From: Terriglobia bacterium
Lineage (GTDB): Bacteria > Acidobacteriota > Terriglobia > UBA7540 > JAPUME01
Assembly (NCBI GenBank): GCA_965237895.1
Contig: CBDEGR010000002.1
Coordinates: forward strand, 1,950,796 to 2,014,795
Length of the DNA: 64,000 nucleotides
Direction of reading: 5' to 3'
The position numbers and the translations under genes are program-made. The notes beneath the pieces were generated by a model, which was given only the letters and a program-made list of their open reading frames with translations, was not told where the DNA came from and searched no databases. This document shows, in pieces, positions 42,362-55,638 of this stretch (positions are counted from its first letter, which is position 1; every line of letters starts with the position of its first letter).

Positions 42362-43102
42362 CTATAAAAACCACGGCAGGATCTCCGCCGCCTTGCCGTG
42401 GAGAACCAAGTCCGCCGCCGAATCCATCGGCGTCGGTTCTAAATTCACGATTATGACGTACGCCCCGGCCCCCAGCGCCACTGTAACCAATCCCGCCGCC
42501 GGGAAGACCGTGGCCGAGGTTCCCACCAGGAGAAAAACGTCCGACCGCTTCGTCGCCTCGAGGCCGCTCTGCAAAACCGCTTCCGGCAGCGCTTCGCCGA
42601 ACCAGACCACTCCGGGCCGCAGTATCGCGCCGCATTCACAAAGAGGCGGGAGATTCGGTAGCGGAACTTCGCGATTTACTTCTTCGCGCCCGCAGCCCGT
42701 GCAGCAGAGTGTCCATATGTCGCCGTGCAGCTTGGCAATATTTCGGCTGCCGGCCACCTCATGCAGCCCGTCGACGTTCTGCGTCACCAGCATGAACGAG
42801 GGAAGGCGCGATTCGAGCTCCCCCAGCGCCTTGTGGCCCGCGTTCGACTCGGCCTTGGCAATCAGGCCTCGCCTCCAATCGTACCACTCCCAGACCAACT
42901 TGGGGTCGCGCCAGAAGGCGTCCGGTGTAGCCAACTCCTGCGGCGAGTATTTTTCCCAGAGGCCGCCCCCGCCGCGAAAGGTCGGGATGCCGCTTTCAGC
43001 GGAGATCCCCGCGCCGGTCAGCACGGCCACGGAATTCGCCTGCACCAGACGGGCGCGCGCTTCGATAACGCCGGGTTCATCGGACACTCGAGAGGCTGCC
43101 AA
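42362..43102 (-). CDS. cobB: NAD-dependent protein deacylase (sirtuin)
   Basis: TGAGISAESGIPTFRG, TQNVDGLH, LHG, RPGVVWFGE. Confidence 0.93.
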   Translation of the reverse strand: MAASRVSDEPGVIEARARLVQANSVAVLTGAGISAESGIPTFRGGGGLWEKYSPQELATPDAFWRDPKLVWEWYDWRRGLIAKAESNAGHKALGELESRLPSFMLVTQNVDGLHEVAGSRNIAKLHGDIWTLCCTGCGREEVNREVPLPNLPPLCECGAILRPGVVWFGEALPEAVLQSGLEATKRSDVFLLVGTSATVFPAAGLVTVALGAGAYVIIVNLEPTPMDSAADLVLHGKAAEILPWFL

Positions 43103-43317
43103 GAAGAGAATACTATGCGTCGGGGAAAAGCGATGTCAAATCACTTCAATAGCATTCAAAACCCAGGGCAAAACTAAGGGCAATACCAACCGTTTCGCGT
43201 CCGCTGAAATTGACAAGCTTCTTATAATGATGTTAGCAATATTATTGGGAGTGTCGCAGTTTCAACCTTATGAGGTCTTCGGCTTTCCGCCGCCTTGTTT
43301 GATATCTCCCGCCTTGC

Positions 43318-43394
43318 GGGCCGGTAGCTCAGCAGGTTAGAGCATCTGCCTTTTAAGCAGAGGGTCCCGGGTTCGAGTCCCGGCCGGCTCACCA
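43318..43394 (+). tRNA. tRNA-Lys(TTT); integration site of element A
   Basis: GGGCCGG...CCGGCTC-A-CCA acceptor, TCTGC-CTTTTAA-GCAGA anticodon arm, GTTCGAGTC T-loop. Confidence 0.96.
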
Positions 43395-43479
43395 TTTAAC
43401 TTATGTGTTTTCAGCACCTGTTTTTCTTTCCTCTCATTGCCGAAGACGGAAACGTAAAGAAACCGTCAGAAAACTGGCC

Positions 43480-44489
43480 CTATCCGGCCAGCGCCGTAAA
43501 GGAAGTCGCGCCGTGCTCGTTCGCCTGCCGGTCGAGCTTGGACAGCGCTTCCCGCATCATGTTGAGCTTCGCCTGGCTGTAACGCTTGAACACCTGCGAA
43601 TCGCCTTGCCGCAGCATCTGCGTCACGAAATGATCCGCCACGCCCCCGGCGCTGAGCCGGGTCGCAAAGGTGTGGCGCAACTCGTACAGCGAAAAATGGG
43701 GCAACCCGGCACGCTGCAGCGTCCGGTCCCACAGCTTGGTCACCCTCGTGATGTGCGGCTTGCTTGATCCCATCCGCTGGCTCGGAAACAGGTAGTCGGA
43801 ATCGCCGCTCTGCTTCATCTGCGAGACGAACGCTGCGCGTACTCTGTCTGTCATAGGCATGTCCGCGATGCCGTTCACCGTCTTGGAACCCGGCAGATGC
43901 ACGATCCCGTTCTGCATATCCACCTGTTGCTTTCGCATCGGGATCAACTCCCGATAGGGCCGCAGCCCCATCTCCACCATAATCACGATGATGTTGCGCA
44001 AGTACACCGGCGCGCAGGCTTCCAGCCGAACCTGCTCCGAAGCACTCAGATAGTGCGGCTTGCGCGTCGTACCCGCCAACGGCACCGGAAACTCCACGCT
44101 GAAGCACGGATTGACCGCCAGCCGCTGCTTCTTCACCGCCACGTTCAGGATGCGTCGCAGGATGCGAAACTCCTGATGCACGGTGGCCGGTTTGAGCCGG
44201 CCGCGAAGTTGCAGCCCCAACTTGGTATGCACCCGCTTGCCTGTGTTTAGTCTCGTCATCAGATACGATTCGATCTCTTCCACTGTGATCTCCGAGAGTT
44301 TGTTCTTGCCGAACCGTGGCCTGAGGAACTTCAGCGCGCCGAGATGTTGCAGGTGGGTCTTCTCGCTCCGGAAGGGCGGTTGGGAGCGGTTCGCAAGGAA
44401 CCAGTCCGCCCACTGGTTAAAGCTGATCCCACCGTCCGGCGCGGCGCTCGGCGGCAACCCCTCATCGCGAGCCACCAACCGCTTGCGCA
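43480..44489 (-). pseudogene. Tyrosine integrase A, C-terminal part (codon ~52 onward)
   Basis: Near-identical to integrase B from RKRLVARDEG to FTALAG; homology stops at 44489. Confidence 0.9.
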
Positions 44490-44603
44490 GCAGCCAGGCG
44501 TCTTCCATTGTTTTCTCCCAACTCCTTCCTTTCGTTGCTCTTACACGGTTTTGGGGCGTCTGCTTTCGCTCGCAACGCCTACGGTTAGCCCGCTTGAGGG
44601 GCG

Positions 44604-44627
44604 AGTTTTCTGACGGTTTCTTGACGG
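44604..44627 (+). repeat. Putative integrase arm-type sites (AGTTTTCTGACGGTTTCTTGACGG)
   Basis: Same motif at 57968-57990 and, inverted, at 43453-43475; each lies ~100 bp from an att core. Confidence 0.7.
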
Positions 44628-44705
44628 TAGTTGCTGCCACGGCCATGCGCTAGGGGCTGAGGCGTACTTGGTTGCAGTAATCAGTAATGGTTTTCGAGCT
44701 GCCAT

Positions 44706-47630
44706 TGACCTGACCCCCTCAAACCGGTCCAGTTCTAATGTTAGAGTTGGACCTGGAATAGGGAGGTCAGGATGGTCAAGAGGAAGCATTCGATCGAACA
44801 GATTATCGGTAAACTTCGAGAGACCGAAGTGGAACTTGCCCAGGGTCGCAGCGTAGCCGAGGTGTGCCGGTCGTTGGGGGTGACCGAGCAGACCTATTAC
44901 CGCTGGCGAAAGGAGTACGGCGGTCTAAAGATGGATCAGGCCAAGCGGTTGAAGGTCCTCGAGCAGGAGAACACTCGCTTGAGGAGGGCGGTTGCAGACC
45001 TGACCTTGGACAAGCAGATTCTGCAGGAGGTCACAAGGGGAAACGGCTAAGCCCGGCGCGTCGCCGGCAGTGGGCGGCGCATGTCTGTAAGGCGTTGGGT
45101 GTCTCGGAACGCCGGGCTTGTCGAGTGCTCAGCCAACCCCGGTCCACCCAGCACCATCGATGCATCGCTGCTCCCGACGAGGATGCCCTGACGAGGGCCA
45201 TCGTCACCCTGGCCGGTCGGTTTGGTCGCTATGGCTATCGTCGGGTCACGGCCTTGCTGCGGCGAGCCGGCTGGAGGGTCAACCATAAGAGAGTGGAGCG
45301 CATCTGGAGGCGGGAGGGGTTGAGAGTGCCGCAGAAACAGCCGAAGCGTGGACGCCTTTGGCTCAACGACGGATCGTGCGTTCGTCTGCGCCCCTGCAGT
45401 CCGAACCACGTCTGGGCTTACGACTTCGTCCAAGCCCGCACTCACGACGGGAGGGCTTTCCGGTTGTTGACGGTCATCGATGAGTACACTCGGGAATGTC
45501 TGGCTATCCAGGTGGCCCGCCAGATTCGATCCGACGATGTCGTGCAGCTACTGGCCGATCTGTTCGTTCTCCGAGGTCCGCCCGAGCACCTTCGCTCGGA
45601 TAATGGCCCGGAGTTCTGCGCCCAAGCTCTACGAGAGTGGCTGGGGCGAATCGGAGTGAAGACGCTCTACACCCGCATTTCCAGTTTGAAATCGTAGAAG
45701 CAACCCTCGACTAACCTCCAACATCAATATTGATGCGGGGTCTAGCATCAACATTGCTTTCCGGAGGTGTAAACCCAATGGGTGAGAGCCAAAAACAGGG
45801 ATTTCAACTGTCATTCAACCGGTTTTTGCGGGTCGCTTTTCAGGGATCACGGGTGACCTCCAACGGAGGTCTGATTCTGGTGCGCGAGTTGGACGAGCGA
45901 TTGGGATTCGGCGAACTCGTCGAGCAGCACTTGAGCGATTCTCGAGCGAGCAATGCGCGGTTGCCCTTTGCGGACCTTCTACGGCAGTCCGTGTACAGTC
46001 GCCTGGCTGGGTACGAGGTATGTGAACGATGCCGAGCAACTCTCACGAGATCCGACCTTCGGGCTAATCGGTTCAGAGAAGAATTGGGATCGAGGGGCAG
46101 CACTGCCATCCCGGTTGCAAACCTTCGAGACGGAACTTCTGGCTGAGGAGGAAAACTTCGCGGGGCTGGCACGGGTAAACCGAGAGCTGATCGGCAATGC
46201 AGAAGCGATTGATTCACCGCACCGAACCGTTCTGGACATGGATTCGACCGAGATTCCGGTCTACGGCGAACAGGAGAATAGCGCCTACAACGGGCACTTC
46301 GAGTCCATGTGTTATCACCCGCTGTTGCTGTTTAATCGAGACGGCAACTGTCTGGCGGCGAAGCTCCGTCCTGGAAACGTGCACGGTGCCGAGGACTGGG
46401 AAGAACTTCTCCTGCCGGAGATTGAGCGGCAGCAGACGCTGGGCAAGGAGGTGGTGTTTCGTGCCGACGCCGCCTTCGCCAAACCGGAGATCTATGAGGC
46501 GCTGGAGGAGCGGGGCGTGAAGTACGCCATTCGCATTCCTTCTAACGACAACCTGGAACGAGATATTGCCGAACTGGTGCCGCGCCCGGTGGGCAGGCCC
46601 AGCAAGAAACCGCTGGTCGAAATACAAGGGATTTCTGTACCAGGCAGCCGGATGGAAGACGGCCCGAAGGGTGGTGGCGAAGGTAGAGCATCATCTGGGA
46701 GAGTTGTACCCGCGAGTCAGGTTCATTGTGACGAACCTGACGTTTCCGAGTCAGGCGGTGGTACGGTTTTACAACAAACGGGGGACAGCGGAGCAGTGGA
46801 TCAAAGAAGGAAAGCAAGCAGTGAAGATGACGCGGCTCAGTTGTCACCGGTTCCGGTCGAACGAGGTCCGGCTGTGGCTGACCATCATCGCCTATAACCT
46901 GGGCAACCTTTGGCGGCGGCTGGCATTGCCGCAAAGAATCGGGAACTGGTCCCTGACGAGCTTGCAGCAGCGATTGGTCAAAACCGGAGGACGCCTGATT
47001 AAGCATGCCCGCTATTATTGGTTGTTGTTAGCGGAGAGCCACCTGACTCGGCGGCTGTTTGCCAGCATGCTGGGACGGATAGATGGACTGTCGCTTCCCT
47101 CTGGATAGCCTAGCCTGCGGCACCCAAGAAAATGATTCCGATATCCCACAGGAATGGAGAGGTATCTGAAAAAGCTGGTTCTGGATGCCCAGGCGATGAG
47201 TTTTTAGGACTCGTAAAAGGGTGGCTGGGAGCCGGTGGGACCCTCTGGGAGAAAAACCGTGCTCGGAGGGCTCGACTGGGGCAAACGGATGTATACTTGC
47301 AACCGCCGGAGGGCTATAAAACTAATTCCGGCTACATCCAACCCGGGAGTCCCTGGGAGAACGGCTACAACGAGAGCTTTAATGGGAAGCTCCGCGACGA
47401 GTTGCTCGACCGGGAGATCTTCTACACCTTGCAGGAAGCGAAGGTGTTAATCGAGCAGTGGAGGCGACACTACAACAGGGTTCGACCTCACAGTGCTCTT
47501 GGTTATCGTCCACCGGCACCGGAGGCCATGGAAATCCCGCCGCTGCTCGGGAGGCAGCTGCCTCCCGACCTAGGGACAGAATTACCGCTGAACTAACATA
47601 CGAGTTGGTACAATCACTGGGGACAGGTCA
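44706..47630 (+). mobile_element. IS3-family element, copy 1 (orfA 44772-45050; orfB interrupted by IS1380)
   Basis: IRs TGACCTGACCCC / GGGGACAGGTCA, GGGAAAC frameshift motif, [22 protein letters not shown]. Confidence 0.93.
45672..47331 (+). mobile_element. IS1380-family element nested in IS3 orfB; transposase 45778-47108 with two frameshifts
   Basis: 5-bp target duplication CTACA (45667-45671, 47332-47336); 1660 bp; VTSNGGL, LDMDST, RADAAF, RGTAEQWIKEGK motifs. Confidence 0.9.
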
Positions 47631-47715
47631 GGTAACCGAGTACGATTACGAAGCCGCGCTCGGAGAGGCTTCGTAAATGTACAGTGTGTGCATCGCACTT
47701 TCCAAGGCCTCATGA

Positions 47716-49968
<2,253 letters not shown>

Positions 49969-50031
49969 TCCTAGTGTGGTGGCCGGTGGCAGCACTCAGC
50001 CGGTCTCTGTAGACTCAAGAGAATAGAGTGT

Positions 50032-50108
50032 GCGCCCGTAGCTCAGTTGGATAGAGCATCGGCCTTCTAATCCGAGGGTCGCAGGTTCGAATCCTGCCGG
50101 GCGCGCCA
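50032..50108 (+). tRNA. tRNA-Arg(TCT), with a C.T mismatch at the base of the anticodon loop
   Basis: GCGCCCG...CGGGCGC-G-CCA, TCGGC-CTTCTAA-TCCGA, GTTCGAATC. Confidence 0.92.
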
Positions 50109-50187
50109 CTTTCTCGCCGGATTCTGCCGACTGCGCAGGCTGGTGACCACTCCTGCGGTCACTTCTCGTCGTTCCGACCGGTCACAT

Positions 50188-51439
50188 TGACCAGACCGAT
50201 CTTTTGTACCAATCCTAGTGAGAGAGTTTACATCACAGCCTGGGGCTGCGAAATCGGTTCTGGGAGAAGAAATGGATTACAGGCCCCCGGCGCCGGGGGC
50301 CTGTAATCCAGCGCCGAGTGCGGTCTCCGGGTGTTGTATTCCTCCCGCCATTGCTCAATCACGATCTGGGCCTCCTGCAACGAGTAGAAGATCTCCCCGT
50401 TCAGGCATTCATCCCGCAACTTCCCATTGAAACTCTCACAATACCCGTTCTCCCATGGACTACCTGGTTCGATGTACAACGTTCCGGTCCCGAGATTCCC
50501 CAGCCATTGGCGCAACTTCTGGGCGACGAACTCCGGGCCGTTATCGGATCGAATGTGCTCCGGGATCCCTCGCCACAGCATCACGTCCGACAACGTCTCG
50601 ATCACCTCCAGGCTGCCCATCCTTCGCTCCACTCGGATCGCCAGGCATTCCCGCGTATACTCGTCCAGCAGCGTCAGCAACCGCAGCGTCCTTCCATCGT
50701 GCGTTCTGGCGCTAACAAAGTCATAGCTCCATACGTGGTTGCGCCGCTCCGGCCTCAGTCGTATACAGGAACCGTCGTTCAGCCACAGTCGTCTTCGCGG
50801 CCTGTGTTTTTGCGGCACTTTCAGCCCCTCTCGCCGCCAGATCCGCTGGACCCGATCCTTACCCACCTGCCAGCCTGCTCTTCGCAGCAGCGCCGTAATC
50901 CTCCGGTAGCCATAGCGGCCGTAGTTCGCTGCCAAGGCAATGATGGCCTGTGTCAGTTCATCCTCGTCCAGCCGATGCACCGGTTCATATCGTTGCGTTC
51001 CTCTCCATTGCCCTAGCAGCCAGCAGGCGTGCCGCTCACTCATCCCGTACTCGTGCTCGGCACGCTCCACCGCACAACGCCGCCGCTCAGGGCTTACAAG
51101 TTTCCCTGCGCCACATCCCGCGGTACCTGCTTCTCTATCGACAGCTCCGCCACTAGCCGTTTCAGTCGCGCATTCTCCTTCTCCAATTCCTTCGGCCGTC
51201 TGGCTTGGTCTAGCTTCAGTCCTCCGTACTCCTTCCGCCAGCGATAGTAGGTCTGGGTGTGGTTTCCGGCTTCTTTGCAGGCTTGGGGCACCTTCTTCCC
51301 GTTCGCGATCTGCACTTCGATCTGCCGTAGGACCGTTACGATCTGTTCCGGTTTGTTCTTTTCGATTGACATGACTTGCTTCCCTCCTAAATGAGATTCT
51401 CTCTCACTTCAGGTGGTACAAAAAGAGCCGGTCAGGTCG
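50188..51439 (-). mobile_element. Second IS3-family element (orfA 51094-51372, orfB ending at 50228)
   Basis: Imperfect IRs TGACCAGACCG..TTTTGTACC / GGTACAAAAA..CCGGTCAGGTCG; GGGAAAC motif; [22 protein letters not shown]. Confidence 0.92.
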
Positions 51440-52217
51440 GTGCGAGTACGAACCGCGCCAGGACAAACGCGGCTTTCAGGAGCGCGTCGAAGGGGTGCTG
51501 GCCGACGTAGGGATGTATCGCAACGTCTCCTACCGCGACCTGGTGGAGTCGCAATTCGGGGGACATCCCTACACGGCGCGGCGGGCTGTCGATCGCATGA
51601 TACGAGACGGCCACGTGCGGGAGCACCAGGCAAAGGGGCCGAGGGGCGGCACATACAAAGTGCTCACCTTGACCGAGGCCGGGGCGCGGAAAGCGCGCGA
51701 TTACGCCGTCGAGCAGGGATTCGACAAGGAACAGCAAACCTGGTCCGGGCTGGTGAAGCGTGGCGAGTTGAGCCACGACACCGCCGTCTACCGGGCGGCT
51801 CGGAAAGAGCAGCGGCGCCTTCTGCAACAAGGGGCCAGGATCCGTCGAGTCCGGATCGACGCGGAAATGAAAAAGCAGGTGGCGCGGGCCACCGAAGGCA
51901 GGGCGGCGGCAGACGCAACGCGGCGCCAGGCCGCTCAGGATTTAGAGCTTCCCATGCAACAGGGCCGGGTCGTCTATCCCGACGCTCAGATTGAATATCT
52001 GGACAGTGAGGGCCGCAGCGGGCGCGTCAACGTCGAGATTGCCTCGGAACACTACCGGCCCGGCGCTATTGCCGCCAAAGCCCGGGCCGAGTTCCAGATG
52101 CACGGCAGCGGTGGACGGGCAATCGCCGCGATTCACCGGGTGCTCGGCAATGGAGGGCGCGACGGCAGAGTCGGCGCACCCGCACGGGGCGGGCGAGAGG
52201 GCTCGATCGAGCTTTGA
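51440..52217 (+). CDS. Putative replication-relaxation / relaxase-related protein, 5'-truncated by IS3
   Basis: wHTH-like LTLTEAG, ELSHD, YPDAQIEY...NVEIASEHY; frame open up to the IS boundary; conjugation-gene context. Confidence 0.55.
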
Positions 52218-52220
52218 GCT

Positions 52221-52541
52221 ATGCAACCCTGGAAAGTCAGTATCGGACTCACCGTGACCGCTTCAGGCGTGGTTGCGATCTTCGGCTTGCCGGAACTCTC
52301 CTATCTCAAGCCGCACTGGAAGGTCCTGCTCCGCGACTACGGGTTGACCATCGCCCTCTATGGCGGGCTGGCCGTCGTCTCGTTCGCTTTCTCGATCTAT
52401 GCAGGCGCCCGCTCTTTGGGACTGGCCGATTTAGGCCGCAAGGTTGATCTGGTGGAGCGTTCGATCCGGCGCCGGGAGGGCGGCGATTCTGAACTTGCAG
52501 AGGCTTTGCACAATCAGTCAAAGGGGAAGTTTCCGGACTGA
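52221..52541 (+). CDS. Small two-TM membrane protein of the conjugation module
   Basis: Two hydrophobic segments; tightly packed between the relaxase-like gene and the pilin. Confidence 0.6.
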   Translation: MQPWKVSIGLTVTASGVVAIFGLPELSYLKPHWKVLLRDYGLTIALYGGLAVVSFAFSIYAGARSLGLADLGRKVDLVERSIRRREGGDSELAEALHNQSKGKFPD

Positions 52542-52571
52542 CTACCAACCGAACCAACAAAGGAGCAAGTC

Positions 52572-53219
52572 ATGACTTCACGATTTCCCCAATTCCGTAC
52601 CGCGGCGCTAATGACCGGCATGGGTTTGCTGATGCAGCAGGAACTTTTCGCCCAGGGCGTGAGTCCGTGGCTTGATGCGATCAACGTGCTACAGACGGCC
52701 TTCACCGGCCCCATCGCGCGCGGGCTGAGCCTGATTGCCATTGTGGTGGGCGGACTGATGTTCGCCTTCGGCGAGGGCGGCAGCAAGCGGGCTTTGGCCG
52801 GGATCATCTTCGGATTAGGCATGGCGATGGGCGCGGCGCATGAGTGGCTTTGGAGGGCTTTGCGGTTGAAAGGCATCGAGGTCCACGTCGTGGTAATGGG
52901 AGCAGACTACACAGCCACAAGGCGGTCCAAAGCGGCGCTCCAGAGTTGGAGCAACGGAGCGAGTGAGCAAGGCGTGCATAAAGCGGAAGGGCCGACCCAG
53001 GACGACCCGGCGGTGAAGGCTGAAATGCAACAGATTGAGGACGTAATGCGACGCGGAGATCGGGCAGGATTGTCAAAGTATGGCGGGTTCCAGGGAGCCA
53101 CAATGCGGTTGATCGAATTAAGAAAACTTCCCCAATCGAAGGGAGCATCCGGGGCCTCTATCGATAGCTACGAGACATGGGTCTCACGCCGATTGAGGAT
53201 GCTGGATGCGGAGCTATGA
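52572..53219 (+). CDS. trbC: TrbC/VirB2 pilin fused at ~52840 to unrelated sequence (probable deletion junction)
   Basis: SPWLDAINVLQTAFTGPIARGLSLIAIVVGGLMFAFGEGG is typical TrbC; the tail is not pilin-like. Confidence 0.75.
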   Translation: MTSRFPQFRTAALMTGMGLLMQQELFAQGVSPWLDAINVLQTAFTGPIARGLSLIAIVVGGLMFAFGEGGSKRALAGIIFGLGMAMGAAHEWLWRALRLKGIEVHVVVMGADYTATRRSKAALQSWSNGASEQGVHKAEGPTQDDPAVKAEMQQIEDVMRRGDRAGLSKYGGFQGATMRLIELRKLPQSKGASGASIDSYETWVSRRLRMLDAEL

Positions 53220-53293
53220 ACCGTAGAAATGGAGTCCCCATAAGCGGTGCCATACAGGACTGTTTTTATTGCGCCCCGTGCACGATGCCCGTG

Positions 53294-53551
53294 CCGATCC
53301 AGCCTGGTACGCAGACAAGGGGGGGAGTGTACCAAGATTCGGTGATGCGGTGTACCAGCACCCTTGTTCCTATCTATTTGCCGCAACGCGGCTTGTCCGT
53401 AATAGCCCGGCCAGCCCGCACCGATCCAGCGGAAAAGGGCAGGACGGGAGCGACCCCCCCTTTTTTGCCGCTGTATCGGCAAACGGGGAAGGGGGGTGTA
53501 CCAGCCGGTGTACCACCGCCTACCCCCCCTTTTCAGGGGTCGCTCCCGTCC
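53294..53551. repeat. Structured non-coding region, candidate oriT/origin
   Basis: 16-bp perfect IR 53442-53457/53536-53551, inner hairpins, four GTGTACCA repeats. Confidence 0.55.
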
Positions 53552-53620
53552 AATTTATCCCTACGGGAAGGTTCCGAACACCGACTACAAGCGGGCGCTG
53601 ACGCGCCGGAGGCAAGCCCC

Positions 53621-55638
53621 ATGAAAATGCTCTATCCGATCCTGATCTCTGGCGGGCTGTGCTGCTCTGTATGGGGTTTCATCTACCGGCCCTTCCCCTT
53701 GCCCGGCAACGATCCGGTGCTCGATCTGGTGCTCTATCACACCCCCAACTTCTACGGCTGGATCGTCCGCTGGTACTACGCCGCCCCCGCCATCGCCCTC
53801 ATTGTCGGCGGGCTTGTTCTTATCTCGGTCTAGCGGGTCTGGTTTGAGACATGGGGTAGCAATTTAACTGCCTTCAAATTGCTGCCACCCTGGCCCCTTT
53901 CTCCCGACAAAGACGCCGGGCCGGGCATCGTTGTCGGGGAGGTTCACCACCCGGTCAAAGCCGTCGAAATCCCGAACCCTTCCTGGCTCATTATCCCGGA
54001 GCGGGGACTGTATACCGGAGTGGCCATTTTCGGGGCCGTGGGGTCCGGCAAGACCTCGGCTTGCATGCACCAGTTCGCCCAGCAGATCTTGTCCTGGCAA
54101 TCGGGCAATCCCCAGCGCCGGGCGGCCGGCCTGATCCTGGAAGTCAAGGGCGACTTCTGTCATGACATCCGGAGAATCCTGGCCGATGCGGGCCGGGAGG
54201 AAGACTACATCGAGCTGGGAATGGAGGGCGGCTGGCAGTGGAATCCGCTCTCGACAAAATGGCTCGATTCTTACTCGTTGGCCTACACCGTTTCCTCCCT
54301 GCTCAACCAGTTGTTCGGCAAGGGCAAGGAGCCGTTCTGGCAACAGGCCTACACCAATCTGGTCCGCTGGATCATCGAACTCTACCGGGTCTTCCCCGGC
54401 CAATGGGTCACCTTGCAGCAGGTCTACCACTGCGCCATCGACAAGGAGCTGTTCGCGGCCAAGATCAAACAGGCCGAGGCGTTTGTCCGTGAGCTGCAAC
54501 AGGGAACACTGGTTATTTCCTTCGACGACTACCTTGCCAACGCGGACCACCTTTCCGGCTGGAAATGGCAACCGCCCACCCAGGAGAATACTTGCCATGC
54601 GGACCACTCTCCGTCGCTCGAATCCCAGCTCAAAGAACTCCAGATCGACTATCGGATAGAGCGTACCGAGAGCGTAAGGTCCTCAGAGATTCGGCAGCGG
54701 GTCGAGGCCGTCAATCGCTGGTATCAACACGACTGGCGGATGATCGACAACAAAATCCGGTCGAGCATCGTCGAGGGCATCTCGGTTTTCTTGTCCATGT
54801 TCGACCTGCCGGACGTGGCGCGGGTGTTTTGCCCACCGCCGCGAGTCCAAAAGGGACCACAGCAAGGCGAACAGCCGAGACTGGGAACGAGAGTGCGCCA
54901 GAGCTTGCCACCCCTTGATGAGTTGATCGAGTCGGGCAAGGTGCTGGCCCTGAACATGCCCGCCGGCACCAACCCGGCGCTGGCCCGCGCGATCGGCGTC
55001 ATGCTTAAAAACGCCTGGCTGCAATCGTTGCTACGGCGACCGGCGCAGATGAAGGCGGCGCCGGAGCGATACTTCCGGCCCGCCGTGTTCATCTGCGATG
55101 AATACCAGGCGTTCGCTTCCGTGGGTGAGGACGATCCCTCCGGCGACGAGAAATCCTTTGCCCTCACCCGGCAATGCCGCTGTATCCCGATTGTCGCCAC
55201 CCAGTCTATCTCCTCGCTGCGGTCGGTGCTCGGCAGCTCGGAAGCCTGGCGCACCCTTCTGCAAACCCTGCGCACCCGGATATTCCTTTCCTTGAGTGAT
55301 GACGCGAGCGCTCAAACCGCCTCAACTCTATGCGGCCAGGTCGCCAAGATCAAACCCTCCTAACACCATCACCGAGTCGGCCAAGCAAAGCGAGGTATCC
55401 ATGCTTTCGGCCCAGGCCGGAGGCGGACAAGGCAGCGTGGGGGCCAGTAAATCCTTTCGCGAGCAACGCGAGGCGGTGTTTCAGCCTCGCGAGTTTGCCC
55501 TGCTCTCCAACTGCCAGGCCATCTGTCTGCCCTACGACGGCGCACAGTCGCTCGCGCCGACCCGCGTGTACCCTCAAGCCTCACTACCTGCCCCGCATGC
55601 TTCCCTACTGGCGTGCGAAGGTCGAGGGGAAGCTATGA
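53621..55638 (+). pseudogene. VirD4/TraD-like coupling protein (TAG at 53831-53833, frameshifts ~55362 and ~55572)
   Basis: N-terminal TMs, GAVGSGKT Walker A, LEVKGD, FICDEYQ Walker B, VATQSISSL. Confidence 0.85.

Noticed and set aside
43210-43240. Sigma70 promoter for tRNA-Lys (TTGACA and TATAAT)
   Set aside because: The two hexamers are only 7 bp apart and no good -10 lies at 17 bp.
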